A stretch of DNA of 64,000 nucleotides. Source: Laetmonice hystrix (lineage: Eukaryota). Both the position numbers and the translations under genes were made by a program. Under the pieces are notes generated by a model. The model made no database searches, was not told where the DNA came from, and worked only from the letters and a program-made list of their open reading frames with translations. Shown here in pieces: positions 52,401 through 64,000 of the stretch. The stretch is from contig OZ249436.1 in assembly GCA_965235115.1 (NCBI GenBank), forward strand, positions 28,026,001 through 28,090,000, written 5' to 3'. Each line of letters opens with the position of its first letter. The first letter of the stretch is position 1.

Positions 52401-55400
52401 GAAGATGATAATGAAGAAGCAGAAGCAGGAGCAGTAGGAGTGGGAAGAGGAGGAGCAGGAGAAGGAAGAGAAGGTAAAAGCAAATATCGAGAAACATTAA
52501 TTTAATTTTCTTTTCCTATGGCACATACGCAATTCGTTTTCATAATACCATCACAAAGTGAGATTGATAAGGATGGTAGAGGTTCGCAGATTACAGAGAT
52601 ATTCCAGACATGGGGGCTGGTCCCCTAACTGACCGTCAGCGCGCCAAACGAGGCGTTAAGTCTCTCTATGGTGAGCGTGGCCGGTCGGCCCACGTCCTCG
52701 TCTGCCGTCACTGCGGTAGAGTTGGCTTTGTGGAAACCAATCCAGCCATTCCAAAAATCATTTCGTCGAATTGTTATGGATGCAAATCCCTGCAATAAGA
52801 CATGACAATACCTCAGTGCACACTTCCCTAAAGAAACGTCAAGGACTGAGAAAAGTCGCACAAACAGTTCGGCTTTGTCAACACGGATTCTTTGAATTTT
52901 CGACAAAATCTACCGCCTATAAATCATGTATTATGACCATGTTTGTGAAGTCAGACTTTTATCTGGCGGGGATAAAATAGACTATCCAAACTGCATTAAT
53001 TCCTAAAAAGGGAGGAAAAACCGAACGAAGCCGCCCACACGCGTTGCTGCTGTGCGGCAATAACCCGCCAATGTGGCCTGGACGCCGTGCAATGTTACAC
53101 CACTAGCAAACGTTGTGAGATTGCGATGAACCGACCTTCCTGCCATTGTCTCGACCTGGCTCAGCGACTCGCACGCCTTCCGTGCGGGAGACGAGGTAAA
53201 CAAAGAACACTTCGTCATCCTCCGGGTTCCTGTCGTCTAGGGTGAAGAGGCGCACCGTCTGCTGCGTCTGGCCCTCCTGTACATGTTAACGACCACCAAC
53301 ACTTAATGGGAACTGTCAGTCAGCGCCGAAAAAACAAGTCATCGCTTCTTTTTACCTTCACCGAGGAAAGACTTGAATAAATTGAGCTTTTTTTTCTTAT
53401 CGCGGAGTGGGTAAAAATACGAAAGAAATAACAGAAAAATAGAAAAGTAATCAATAGAAAAAAACAAGTTTGGTTAGAATGATTATAATTTGGTGGATGA
53501 CTGACCTCGAATGTGACGGTTCGGTCTAGTGTCTGGTAGTCCTGGCCAGCCAAGGCCTGGAAGCTGATATCTCGGTTACCAAGAACTTCACTGATTGTCT
53601 CGTTTGTACGACTTGGTGCCACGCCAACAATACTGTCCCACGATTCGCCCCCGCCGATTGTACGAAGTTGTACACTTATAGTTCCGAATGTACCACCTGT
53701 AGTAGAAATGGTTCGTTCACGGACGCTGTGAGATCTGAAGCTGCCGCGGTGGCCACATTTACGGGCTAATGAGAGGTGTTATTTCTCATTACAAGAGTCG
53801 GTATTTAATTACTGGGGTAATCAAAACGGCATGCCCGGAGGTAAACCCTCATAGAATCATACTGGGATCTGCCTTGGTAAAGACAATCAAAATCAGTTCT
53901 GATGAAACCTGGCGCTTTAATTCCTCTTACAACCTAAATGAAAACCTTCTCCTCGTTTCCATTTGCAGTGTCCCTACAGTAAATCTATACTTTGTGGTAC
54001 CTAACACAGATATGGGGGTTCAGGAGTAACAGAAAGGAGAATGAAAACATTTTGTACTTCTCATATACGGTACATTTGGTAAAAGGAACTATCTTCCCTT
54101 TTTCTTCCACTTCCATTTTTATCCTAAATGACACATCATTAGCCAAGATGACAACTAATCAGTTAGGTTGACTTGTTATCTCAGTATAAGAAAGCAGCAT
54201 ACCGGTCCTAAGGATGCTGAGTTCTACAGCTCCAGGCTCCGAAACCTTGCCATCACTCTCTCCCGAGTTAGCCACGACACTGACCACCCCATACGGGTCA
54301 TTGTTACGGCTGATAGTCACTTTGGCCGACGAGTAAAGTCTACTCAACCGCGGAGACACGTCTGAAAGATACAGCCAAAATATAAATGACCGATTCATAA
54401 CACTGCACCACACCTTGCAGTACAATACTTTGGTTAGTTGGAGCATATTTTGCCAGCTCACACAAACCGTCACAAAATGTTAAATTATTACATACGTACA
54501 TTACAACGTTTCTAAAACGTTCGTTAAACGTCCTTAGCTGTGTGGTGTAAAATGCTGACAAGGAAAGCCATCACATTTACATATTTATAAAATGTTTAGT
54601 CTGGTTATGATTTTGGCTTACTTTCGCTTAGGGCTCCCGAATGGCCGGTTACACAAGACAGGCTACTTAACAAACCTACCGCATTTAATATTCTAACTTT
54701 TTACAAACCGAGCCTGGGGACTTGTTTGTCAGAGAGCTCTTGCCACATTGAGAAATTTTATTAGATGCAGTTTATAATCTGAATAAGACACAACTGCTCA
54801 AACAAAGTACTGTTGCGTAATTAAACAATGTAGGACAGTGATATGGAATCCAACCATCGGTGGTTATTGTTGGCACAACGTACCTTGTTCAGTACCAGTG
54901 GGTAAACGCAACACTGAAGTAAAGTTAACATAAAAATATTCATCTTCTTCCGGAACTCTGTCTGCTTGGATCTGTGGAAACGAAATTAAATAAAGATCGG
55001 ATCGGAAGAATTACCATAAATCATTCTGGATAGTTCTCATAATAACTTGGTGTAAGAAGTCCAAAATGATGTCTCCATAACTGGGGCCACACAAATAGTC
55101 GCCCTTTTGTGAACAGACATTCGTACTGAGCAATTTCTTTTTATTTGCTTGTCTGTCTAAATACTAAACGTTTGTGTCATTTTCTGGGCTCTGCTTTGAA
55201 GACTACGCCTTCAATAAAATGTCTAACCTTGTATTTTTTATGAAAGAAGAAAGAAGCACTTTCCAGCCAAGCATCATAGTTGAGAATCTAGCAAGGCCCT
55301 CGAGACATCTTTAGCCGTAATTTCTTTCTGCCTTGAAGGGTCGAAATGAGTGTCTACACAATCTTACTTGTATGAAGATTGAAGACCGGATCTGGAGTGC

Positions 55401-58400
55401 GTCCATATTGACAGCCCCGTTCTCAATGCTATCGTAGTCAGACCCACCGATGGCTGTGCCATCAAAAGTTCGGTACCGAATTTGTATGGCGTCAAGGGAA
55501 CCGTAGAGCCGCTCTATCTGAAGGGTCACCTGGTGCACAGAAAGACATCATCGGTAAGTGTTATATCGGGGCTATAAATTAACTGTGACGGGAGAAATAT
55601 ATACCGGTTCGTATGGATCAATTTACACTTCGGCTTTAAATCGGATACATTTAATAATACAGCGCTTGTATGGGAGCTGCAGGATTATCTATCGAAATGG
55701 AAGCTGGTATACATTTTTTATAAGTTTACATAGGAGAGGTAATGTAAAGTACATTACACGTTCATCACTAATAAAAGTGAACAAAACAAGGAAAAGAGTT
55801 TCTTTCTGGTTTCTCCAATCACGTTAACGTGAGCCGACAGCAAAGTAATACAGAATATCATAAAAATATATAACAACAAATATACATGTATAATCAGAGA
55901 TGCCAACTTATGAGGATGAGGATTTCTAAATCTGGAAATTCCTAATGATGTCCATTTCTAAGGATGAGAATTCCTCATGTGCCAAGTGCTAAGAAAAGTG
56001 CGAGCACTGATACACGCTTTTAGTGTTTCGCTGAGTCAATACCAAGTAGGAACTAAGATGAGGTAGAATACATCTATAAATTAATTTGGTGACTCACATA
56101 AAAGACATTTTCACAGCCAAAACTAATGAATGGCCACATCTAAAACAAGTTTTCAGTCTGCTATTATATCGGGGCTTTGAAATGCCAAAATCGTAATTTT
56201 GGTTCAATTAATCCTAATGGCGTAATGATGACCCTAAAAGCGTAATCATTACGCCAATTTCTTAATGGTTGGCATCTCTGTTAATAATTGAAATAAATAT
56301 AATTGTAGCTCACTGAATGCAGATTATGCTTCATCTTCAGGATAGTGTATGTATACACCCGTGCTCGATTTTAGGCCTAATTTTATAAAGAGTTTCTAAT
56401 GAGCGAAAACCGTTCTTGCTAACCTCTAACTGCCTTTGGTCGGGTTCCTGAACACTGACACTCCGCGAGCCGGCCACAAACCGAACCAACCCGTACGGTT
56501 CCAAACGGACCGTTGTACGTCCCGGCCACAGGGTGGCGCCACCCAGCGTCTGTGAAATGGGCGTCCGTGGGAGGTGGAGGGCGAACAACTCCGGAACCTG
56601 CCGAGGACTCAGCTGAAAATAGGAAAGTAGGTCGGATATAAAATTTGTTTGCGGCTTTTTTTTATGAACTCACTCTACAATATATTAACACATTTCATGG
56701 ATATAATATTATTATATCCATGAAATATCAATAATAAGCACACTGTTCACCGAATGTTAAGCCTGGTGTTTCTTATATCAAGATCTCTGTTTTAATCCAT
56801 CATATGTTGTAGGATATCAACTGTCCTGTTATACATGGTGTTTCCCTTGATTGTAATAAATTCAGTTTTTCCATTGAACTGTGCTTGCATTCTAGAAAAT
56901 GAACACGACAAACCTACCCCTTGTTATTTTAAATATGGCCTCGTCTTAACGTAAAAACAGTCTAATGTTTATTAATGACGATATTTTTTATACCTTTCTA
57001 ATTAGATACCTCCTTCTAAATTAGTACGCACGGGAAGATCTACATACATGCAGACAGACGAGGAAGGTATATAATCAATATGTCTCGATGTAATTAGACT
57101 AATTAGGATGTTCGAGGGAGGCGAGGAGTTGGAATGAGGGAAGACAAGAGATGATTTTCTTATTATTGTCATCAAATTCACGCCTCTCAGGTAACCTGAG
57201 TATTGCCAAGACGCATATAGCAGCGCACCTTGGTGAATGGAGTGTCTGTGTGGTGTGTAGGCGACGCTTCCAGATATTCTTCTTCTCCTTCCTCCATGGG
57301 TGAGAGCCAGGGGGCATCCCGGACCCCATTTTATAAACCTTAACTTCTTGCTTAACGTTTCTGGTTGACTGCTCTCAGCAGACCAGCCAACCAGAAATTT
57401 TAAGCTTAAGTTTAAGTAAAATCTTAAGTTTTGAAAACCCCGGTGGCTGGTGTCATGATTTCATCCTCCTCCCCATTGTGACGACCCGAATTACTAAACG
57501 ATGATGTTCTCCCCACCAGAACTCCCTATGTTGACTCGGTCCTACCCAAACACTTAACTCCATCCTGAACCGGCCTTTTTCCGGCCTCATATTTACCTGG
57601 ATCTTGAAGCTGGTACTGTTACGGCCGTTCACCATGGAGACGGTGCCCGACTGTTCCGACATCTGGCCCTGAGCGTACCCCTGCGGCCTCTCGCTGACTG
57701 GGTACCCAGTCACCCAGTCTACCTGCAGGCTCCCGTACGAACCCCGTCGTACGATAGCCACATCCACCAAGTTGGTTTCTGGTAAAGTAAACACAGTGGA
57801 AACGTTCCATGTCAGTCTAAGTCTTTGGTTGAAACGAACACGTTTACTCCAACATGACGTCTCAAACATACAATCGATGACACTCAGTTACTCCCGTGAA
57901 AAAAAACAACATTCCAAGCTTGTCCTTTTATTAGACACCCCCCTCGAAGATATACACATTAGATAAAATAGAGACATTATTTTTCATGATTTAACTCCAA
58001 GGATCCCCACCCTTATTACACGCCTTAACTCTATCTTGCTGAGTTAACAAAATTATCAACAAAACTACGCTGACCTATGTACACAAGAATTCATGACTTC
58101 TAGCTTGGGCTGTGGAAAGATGTATTTTCCAAACACTAATAATTCCTTCTGATTCAGCAAGTCTTTGATCTTGTAGATGACTAACGTCAAAAAGTCGGTC
58201 AAGTGTATTATGTGTACACGACTTTATTAATCTCACCTTCATCTACAGTGAGGATTATGTTGTTGAATCCAACCTCGCTGTTAGCCGCCTCTGGGGGCAC
58301 GACGATCCGTGCCACTGTACGCCCAGCGATCAGCTGAGGCGACATCGTCACTGAAACCACCATTCTCATATTGAACCTTCCCTCTCTTCTGTACAACACG

Positions 58401-59406
58401 TATATCAACTGGATATATCACACCGTGATATTGTACCCTTAGGGTCTAGACCTCTCTCTGTGAATGTAGGTGATGGCTTTGGGAATGAAGCGAGACAGTG
58501 AGAACTGATAAATGCTATAAAATATATAAAAGAAAGTGAAAATGCTTTGCGTTTGATTATTTCCCCCCCAGCTGTCTCTGGATATTCTGTAGTGTCTCTT
58601 TTTTTGCGATGAAGTGTCAACATTATCATATAGGTCTCCACAATACTTCTTTTGCATTTTGGCGAAAGACATTATACGCCTCCGGGTGCAGAGCGTCAAA
58701 TAATTAGATTATTTGAAGGCTACAGGCGTATCTTAAAATATACAGCACAACCTTCGGCGGGGAAGACGCAACTACCGATATTATCAATCACGAGACGGAA
58801 AATTACAATAAAAAGTTATAAGAGAAATTCAATATCGCTAAACTGCAGTTTACAAAACTGAAGTTCTTAGCGTCACAGGAAGCCAAATATCGTGGCTACT
58901 GTAAAAGTAATGCCACAGCAATCTATGAACATCACGTATGTTCTTGTAAATCTAGAATTAAAGCAGCTGATTCACCTAGTGATGGGATTTACATTAGTAG
59001 TCCTCATACTGCCTCTAATAACAGTCTTTACTAGTTCATTTTAACTTCATTAACCTCCATAAAATAGTCAACATCTGTGTACAGAACGAAACATGTCCTT
59101 TTTACAGAACTTATGACAGCTGCACGTATGGATGAACACATGAATAAATATAAATATAAAGATGGTTAGAATGAATGTATATGTATGAAAGAATGAATGA
59201 TAACAGATCTTTGGGTTTGTAATTTGTAATTTGCCAGAATTACCTCCAACCCCGATGAAGGAGGCACTGGTGAGGGTCGCTGTGAAGGAGGAACCCTGAG
59301 CTAGACTGATGCTGTCGTCGATGTCGATGAGAGTGACGCCGGAACGCGATCCATCCTCAAACTGTACGGCTCCTGAACTTGGTACGTACGAGATACCTAA
59401 CTCTGT
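35761..59406 (-). CDS. ADGRV1: Adhesion GPCR V1 (GPR98/VLGR1) orthologue, 3' part: 29 coding exons, ~1434 aa; 5' part lies beyond the window
   Basis: Exons in transcript order: 59406-59244, 58350-58237, 57778-57597, 56612-56424, 55529-55368, 54971-54884, 54361-54203, 53696-53506, 53276-53136, 52789-52634, 52024-51872, 51305-51160, 50615-50408, 49678-49575, 49139-49032, 47911-47804, 46797-46627, 45779-45617, 45197-45120, 44723-44620, 43942-43738, 41662-41558, 41384-41244, 40481-40400, 38584-38470, 37778-37621, 37256-37135, 36741-36553, 36060-35761. All GT-AG and they join into one open frame of 4305 nt. Calx-beta repeats, GPS, 7TM, and tail motifs [13 protein letters not shown] and [10 protein letters not shown] that I recognise from vertebrate ADGRV1. 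Confidence 0.95.
38540..39445 (-). repeat. 75-bp tandem array (12 copies) of an ADGRV1 3' splice site plus the first 44 nt of the exon
   Basis: Minus-strand unit GTGAGAATGTAGCACTGCGTACCGTTTCCAG|GTATACCGGGTCTGACCGTATTCCTCTCCTGTGTACTCACATAC; the last copy is the real exon 38584-38470. Confidence 0.95.
39528..39711. mobile_element. Short MITE with 5-bp TSD ACATG; related copy at ~46328-46475
   Basis: Ends CAATGTTCCCTGCAGG / CCTGTAGGAAACCCTG, ACATG on both sides. Confidence 0.65.
41048..41160. repeat. 26-bp tandem repeat (4x) of a self-complementary GATTGGCTGGTCT/AGACCAGCCAATC core inside a MITE-like remnant
   Basis: CCGATTGGCTGGTCTAAGCAGACCAR units; related sequence at ~57322-57443. Confidence 0.75.
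43075..43696. repeat. Compound polypurine microsatellite (AAAG)n-(AAGG)n-(AGGC/AGGG)n
   Basis: Direct reading; source of the low-complexity ORFs at 43037-43965. Confidence 0.97.
43738..47911 (-). CDS. ADGRV1: ADGRV1 GAIN domain and GPS exons, start of TM1
   Basis: [11 protein letters not shown]...C...[12 protein letters not shown] fits the GPS consensus (cleavage at H-M|S); [14 protein letters not shown] segment. Confidence 0.92.
48231..48669. mobile_element. MITE-like element with TAG...CTA termini
   Basis: TIR TAGCCTGGTCCCC / GGGGACCCGGCTA; no clear TSD; superfamily not assignable. Confidence 0.55.
49032..59406 (-). CDS. ADGRV1: ADGRV1 Calx-beta repeat exons
   Basis: Motifs such as [97 protein letters not shown]. 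Confidence 0.92.
50679..50932. mobile_element. Palindromic PIF/Harbinger-like MITE
   Basis: CTG|GGCCCGGTTTTTTTGTTTATTTTCCACCGTGAGCAAG ... CTTGCTCACGGTGGAAAAGTAAACAAAAAAACCGGGCC|CTG; 3-bp CTG TSD. Confidence 0.85.
55895..56280. mobile_element. MITE with CAG...CTG ends
   Basis: TIR CAGAGATGCCAAC / GTTGGCATCTCTG; flanks ATAAT / TTAAT. Confidence 0.75.
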
Positions 59407-60309
59407 CTGTAAACCAAACCATTATGGTTATACTCTCAGAAATAAACACTTTACAAGAGCTTCGGATTCCAGAGACGTTTTAACAAATCATCTACATACA
59501 TCTTAATGATAGCATTCAATATCGTCATAACAGTATTCAATATTCAATAGCCCTCTTCTCCCCCTTCAAATAAACCTCAATATTCAACAATGCCGCCTTT
59601 TCACTGACTTTTTTTTCTTTTGCCTAATTTTTATCCTTGGCTGTCAAAATTTTGTCCCCTGTGTTTTCCCTGTGTTTTGGGGATTTTTCCAAATTCACTG
59701 TTTTTTCTCTGCAAGGATTTAAAAAAAAAACATTTTCCCTGTTTTCCCTGTGCTGTGGTCACCCTGCTGAAACCTCGATACTGATACGCCGGCCTACTGC
59801 CAACCTTTCCCGGTTCATCACTCCATAGAGTTTACAAGAACAGAACCGAACGATGAACAGAGACCAGAAATTACGTACAATACTTCATTACGGTGACGTT
59901 ATGCAATGCTGAATTAATACTGAAATACAAAATACTCTGTAATGCTGAATGAAAGGAGAGTGTGAATGAAATATTTCTAACTATACTAAATCAGCAGAGT
60001 CTAGGGTATAGAAGTGCTATCCCTCCCTCCGCATATTTCGATAACACCGTCGTCACTGGGCTCTAACAATTACCACACGTGTGTGCCGCTCACGTAAATG
60101 AGGACGGAACGTACAGTTGGATACAAGTTTTACACGACAAAGACGGCCCTAATTGACACGACAAGTCGCAGTGTTCTCCTCAGGATGAAAAGTGACACTG
60201 GTCGAGTCCCACATGAAGCACAATAGTTCGCCGAAAGCGAATCGGGAGGGAGTATAGGCTACGAGAGGGGGCTCCCTCCCCCACTCTTTTTTTTTGGGGG
60301 GGGGGGGGG

Positions 60310-60476
60310 CAGGCGCGGATCCAGACCGATTCACACAGGTTCACATGAGCCAGTCAGGCATCCATTTGTTTGTTATTTTTTAGGTAAATCTCAGGGGGTA
60401 AATTGTACCCCACCCCACCCCCTCATCTGGCTAGTGCGTGTGAACCGGTCACAATTTGCGTCTGGATCCGCACCTG
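60310..60476. mobile_element. MITE with CAG...CTG ends inserted in a G-run
   Basis: TIR CAGGCGCGGATCCAGAC / GTCTGGATCCGCACCTG; GGGGG on both sides. Confidence 0.8.
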
Positions 60477-62550
60477 GGGGGAGGGGTGTCTCCCAAGACT
60501 TTTTTTTTATAAATAAGACAGTTTTTTAATAAAGAGAATAAAAACACTAAAGCCTAGAGATATAGGATTGGTCAAAAAGTAGGCCTAGGCTACAGCGGTG
60601 TAGCACTATTATTTTGGAAGTTCAGCTCATCGGTGGCAGGGAAAGGCGGCGGGGCGCCGGTGTAGGTAGTGGGGAGAACACTGCCGTCGCTAACCGCTGT
60701 CAGAGACATTATTTTATCTCCTGTCCTCCAGCAGAACTGGACGATGAAGCGACGTGGAACTGAAATATATTCACCAGGGGGCAGTACGACAGGTGTCTTG
60801 TACTGCCATCTGGTGGTGCAATAGCGGCATTAAGTGTTTCTATCTGATATCTCAAAATCTGAACACTGTCTCCCACGCTGGTTTGAATAATTTCAAATGT
60901 TGCCAAAGTTCTTTTATTTCAACTTTATGGATGTTTCCTTGCAGTTTCATGGAGTGTGTTTTTATAATCTGACCACATTTCTCTCCAACCGGTAATCATT
61001 CTTCATGATAAATTTAATAGCCCTGAAAACACGTGTGACTTGAAAATGGCTTGTATTTTATTTCGACATCCTATTGTGAAGCAGGTGGAGCAGAACATTC
61101 TGCTCTTATCGAAATCTGAGGAGCTTTAGGTACTCTCAAGAGCATTAAAAGTACGGGTTGATTCAGAATCAGGACCGTTTAGAGACTTTGGTGGCGCCTG
61201 GAAATCTCATGGAAGAAATATCTCTTTCTCTGGCAAAGCCATTTCAAGGAATACTCTAGATATGAACAAAGTTATTTCTAGTTTATAACTATAGTACTAG
61301 TATAACTACCAAGGAACTGTATATTACTGAAAACACATGCCACAGTTCCTGTCAACAACAGTTTTCTGACTAGCTGCTATATGAATTATTGAAACGGGTG
61401 AAGAAACAAAATCATAACTCGATTACAAATTTCACTGTCACACACAAAGAACTATAGCGTATTTTTCAAAGAAACATTTCCACTAGGACTACTATGGAAA
61501 TGTTTTCTATTCTAGAAGCTAGTATTACTAATAAGGTTTCTACCGAAGTGAAACCAGCAGAGACTAGATGCGCTTGGGTAGGAACTCGACACAAGGTAAT
61601 CCGTAGTAAAAAGCCGACATTAAGCGACATGAGAAAAAAATATGTGCAGTAAATAACGAATACCTTGGGAACTGGAAAAACAGCCTGCAATAGATCGTGT
61701 TTATTGTACCAGACTGTCAGAATTCAATATCCTTAAGTCTATAGTATATTGATATGTGAAAACGCTACATTTGCCACTCTCTAAGGTGGAGATGTTAAAA
61801 TGATGTTCAATATTTTAAATCATACCTGCATTTAACTGTTCTTGAAAAACTTCAAATTACAGCAATAATAGTCACATCGAGACCAGAAAGTCGCCTAAAA
61901 AACTGATGTTCCACAAACTTCGAGTAACCGCATCTATGGCGGTAGCTTATACACAGATCCTATCAAAACGCTTTCAATATTTTGTTTAATTATCTTCTTT
62001 TCTTCTAGTTGAAACTAGCTTTAAAAGCACATGGTATTTAGCACAATAGAATCTGATCAAGCATGCAAGTGGTGATTTAGAACAACCATATTCATACCGG
62101 CCTTGGCACTTAATCACCGATGACTGAAATAGATTTCCGACAATGGCTGCGCAGATAGAGTAGAGTATTGTGCTCGCAGGTTTAGAACACCGACTCCTCA
62201 GCGCAATATCATGCACCGATTCTATCTCTCGATTACCCATTCATTGGGCAGCCAGCCCAACGTCAACCTCCTGAACATTATCAATGCTCATTTGATTCTG
62301 ACTGAGAGAAATGGTAATTGCTCATCCTGTCTGGTGGCAGTAGGTAATCATTGGTCTTTCCTGAAGTCCGCTGGAAGAAAGCTGTCAGGCTGTTTGGGAG
62401 GTAACGATGAATATTCATAGAAAACGGCGCGCTCAAACTAGCCGTTAGCTAGTCCAGTTACTGTCCTATAAGTGCAGCATTGTTATCTTTAATGGGTCTG
62501 AATATTGGCATTCAACGTAATGAGTCTTTAACTTTGCTTTGGTAACTTAC

Positions 62551-64000
62551 CTCATAGAAGACAGTGTAGTTAACTCTACCGCTGACTGACTGGTCATAGA
62601 CGACAGTGTAGCTAACTCTACCAGTGACTGACTGGTCATAGACGACAGTGTAGTTAACTCTACCGCTGACTGACTGGTCATAGACGACAGTGTAGTTAAC
62701 TCTACCACTGACTGACTGGTCATAGACGACAGTGTAGTTAACTCTACCACTGACTGACTGGTCATAGACGACAGTGTAGTTAACTCTACCACTGACTGAC
62801 TGGTCATAGACGACAGTGTAGTTAACTCTACCACTGACTGACTGGTCATAGACGACAGTGTAGTTAACTCTACCACTGATTGACTGGTCATAGACGACAG
62901 TGTAGTTTACTCTACCACTGACTGACTGGTCAGAGACGACAGTGTAGTTAACTCTACCAGTGACTGACTGGTCATAGACGACAGTGTAGTTAACTCTACC
63001 AACGACTGACCTGGTCATAGACGAACTCTACCAACGACTGACCTGGTCATAGACGACAGTGTAGTTAACTCTACCACTACAGTGACTGACTCTGGTCATA
63101 GACGACAGTGTAGTTAACTCTACCACTGACAGACTGGTCATAGACGACAGTGTAGTTAACTCTACCGCTGACTGACTGGTCATAGACGACAGTGTAGTTA
63201 ACTCTACCACTGACTGACTGGTCATAGACGACAGTGTAGTTAACTCTACCACTGACTGACTGGTCATAGACGACAGTGTAGTGAACTCTACCACTGACTG
63301 ACTGGTCATAGACGACAGTGTAGTTAACTCTACCACTGACTGACTGGTCATAGACGACAGTGTAGTGAACTCTACCACTGACTGACTGGTCATAGACGAC
63401 AGTGTAGTTAACGCTACCAGTGACTGACTGGTCATAGACGACAGTGTAGTTTACTCTACCACTGATTGACTGGTCATAGACGACAGTGTAGTTAACTCTA
63501 CCGCTGACTGACTGGTCATAGACAACAGTGTAGTTAACTCTACCGCTGACTGACTGGTCATAGACGACAGTGTAGTTAACTCTACCGCTGACTGACTGGT
63601 CATAGACAACAGTGTAGTTAACTCTACCGCTGACTGACTGGTCATAGACGACAGTGTAGTGAACTCTACCACTGACTGACTGGTCATAGACGACAGTGTA
63701 GTTAACTCTACCACTGACTGACTGGTCATAGACAACAGTGTAGTTAACTCTACCGCTGATTGACTGGTCATAGACGACAGTGTAGTTAACTCTACCAGTG
63801 ACTGACTGGTCATAGACGACAGTGTAGTTAACGCTACCAGTGACTGACTGGTCATAGACGACAGTGTAGTTAACTTTACCAGTGACTGACTGGTCATAGA
63901 CGACAGTGTAGTTAACTCTACCAACGAATGACCTGGTCATAGACGAACTCTACCAACGACTGACCTGGTCATAGACGACAGTGTAGTTAACTCTACCACT
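62551..64000 (-). repeat. 42-bp tandem array (>30 copies, runs off the window) with a ~920-bp higher-order period, probably inside the ADGRV1 gene
   Basis: Minus-strand unit GTCGTCTATGACCAGTCAGTCAGTGGTAGAGTTAACTACACT (VVYDQSVSGRVNYT); the same irregular junction recurs at ~63000-63055 and ~63921-63977. Confidence 0.95.

Noticed and set aside
60700..62400. Possible fossil hAT transposase on the minus strand (PKVFVIYC...SLNV resembles the HC-x-x-H-x-LNL motif)
   Set aside because: Too degenerate to support by eye; needs a frameshift-aware blastx.

Overview
Intron-rich metazoan genomic DNA (an invertebrate, probably lophotrochozoan/mollusc-like; this is inference) with two convergent genes. On the + strand is a near-complete alpha-type, cation-selective nicotinic acetylcholine receptor gene of the alpha9/alpha10-like class (about 4776-20705). 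On the - strand are the last 29 coding exons (about 1434 aa) of an ADGRV1/GPR98/VLGR1 orthologue (59406-35761), ending in ...[10 protein letters not shown]. The best candidate for an undescribed system is in the nAChR gene: the exon encoding the N-terminal helix and beta1 exists as two intact, diverged tandem copies (8935-9071 and 9870-10036). Their splice phases force mutual exclusivity, they are separated by a ~50-bp inverted repeat, and five RBFOX-type TGCATG motifs surround them. A second pattern is that three ADGRV1 splice sites have themselves been tandemly amplified (a 12x acceptor array, a 2x acceptor, and a >1.4-kb array that looks like an amplified exon end plus donor). The rest is MITEs, a V-SINE, minisatellites and microsatellites. 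All exon boundaries were read by eye from GT/AG sites and frame continuity; no transcript or database evidence was available.
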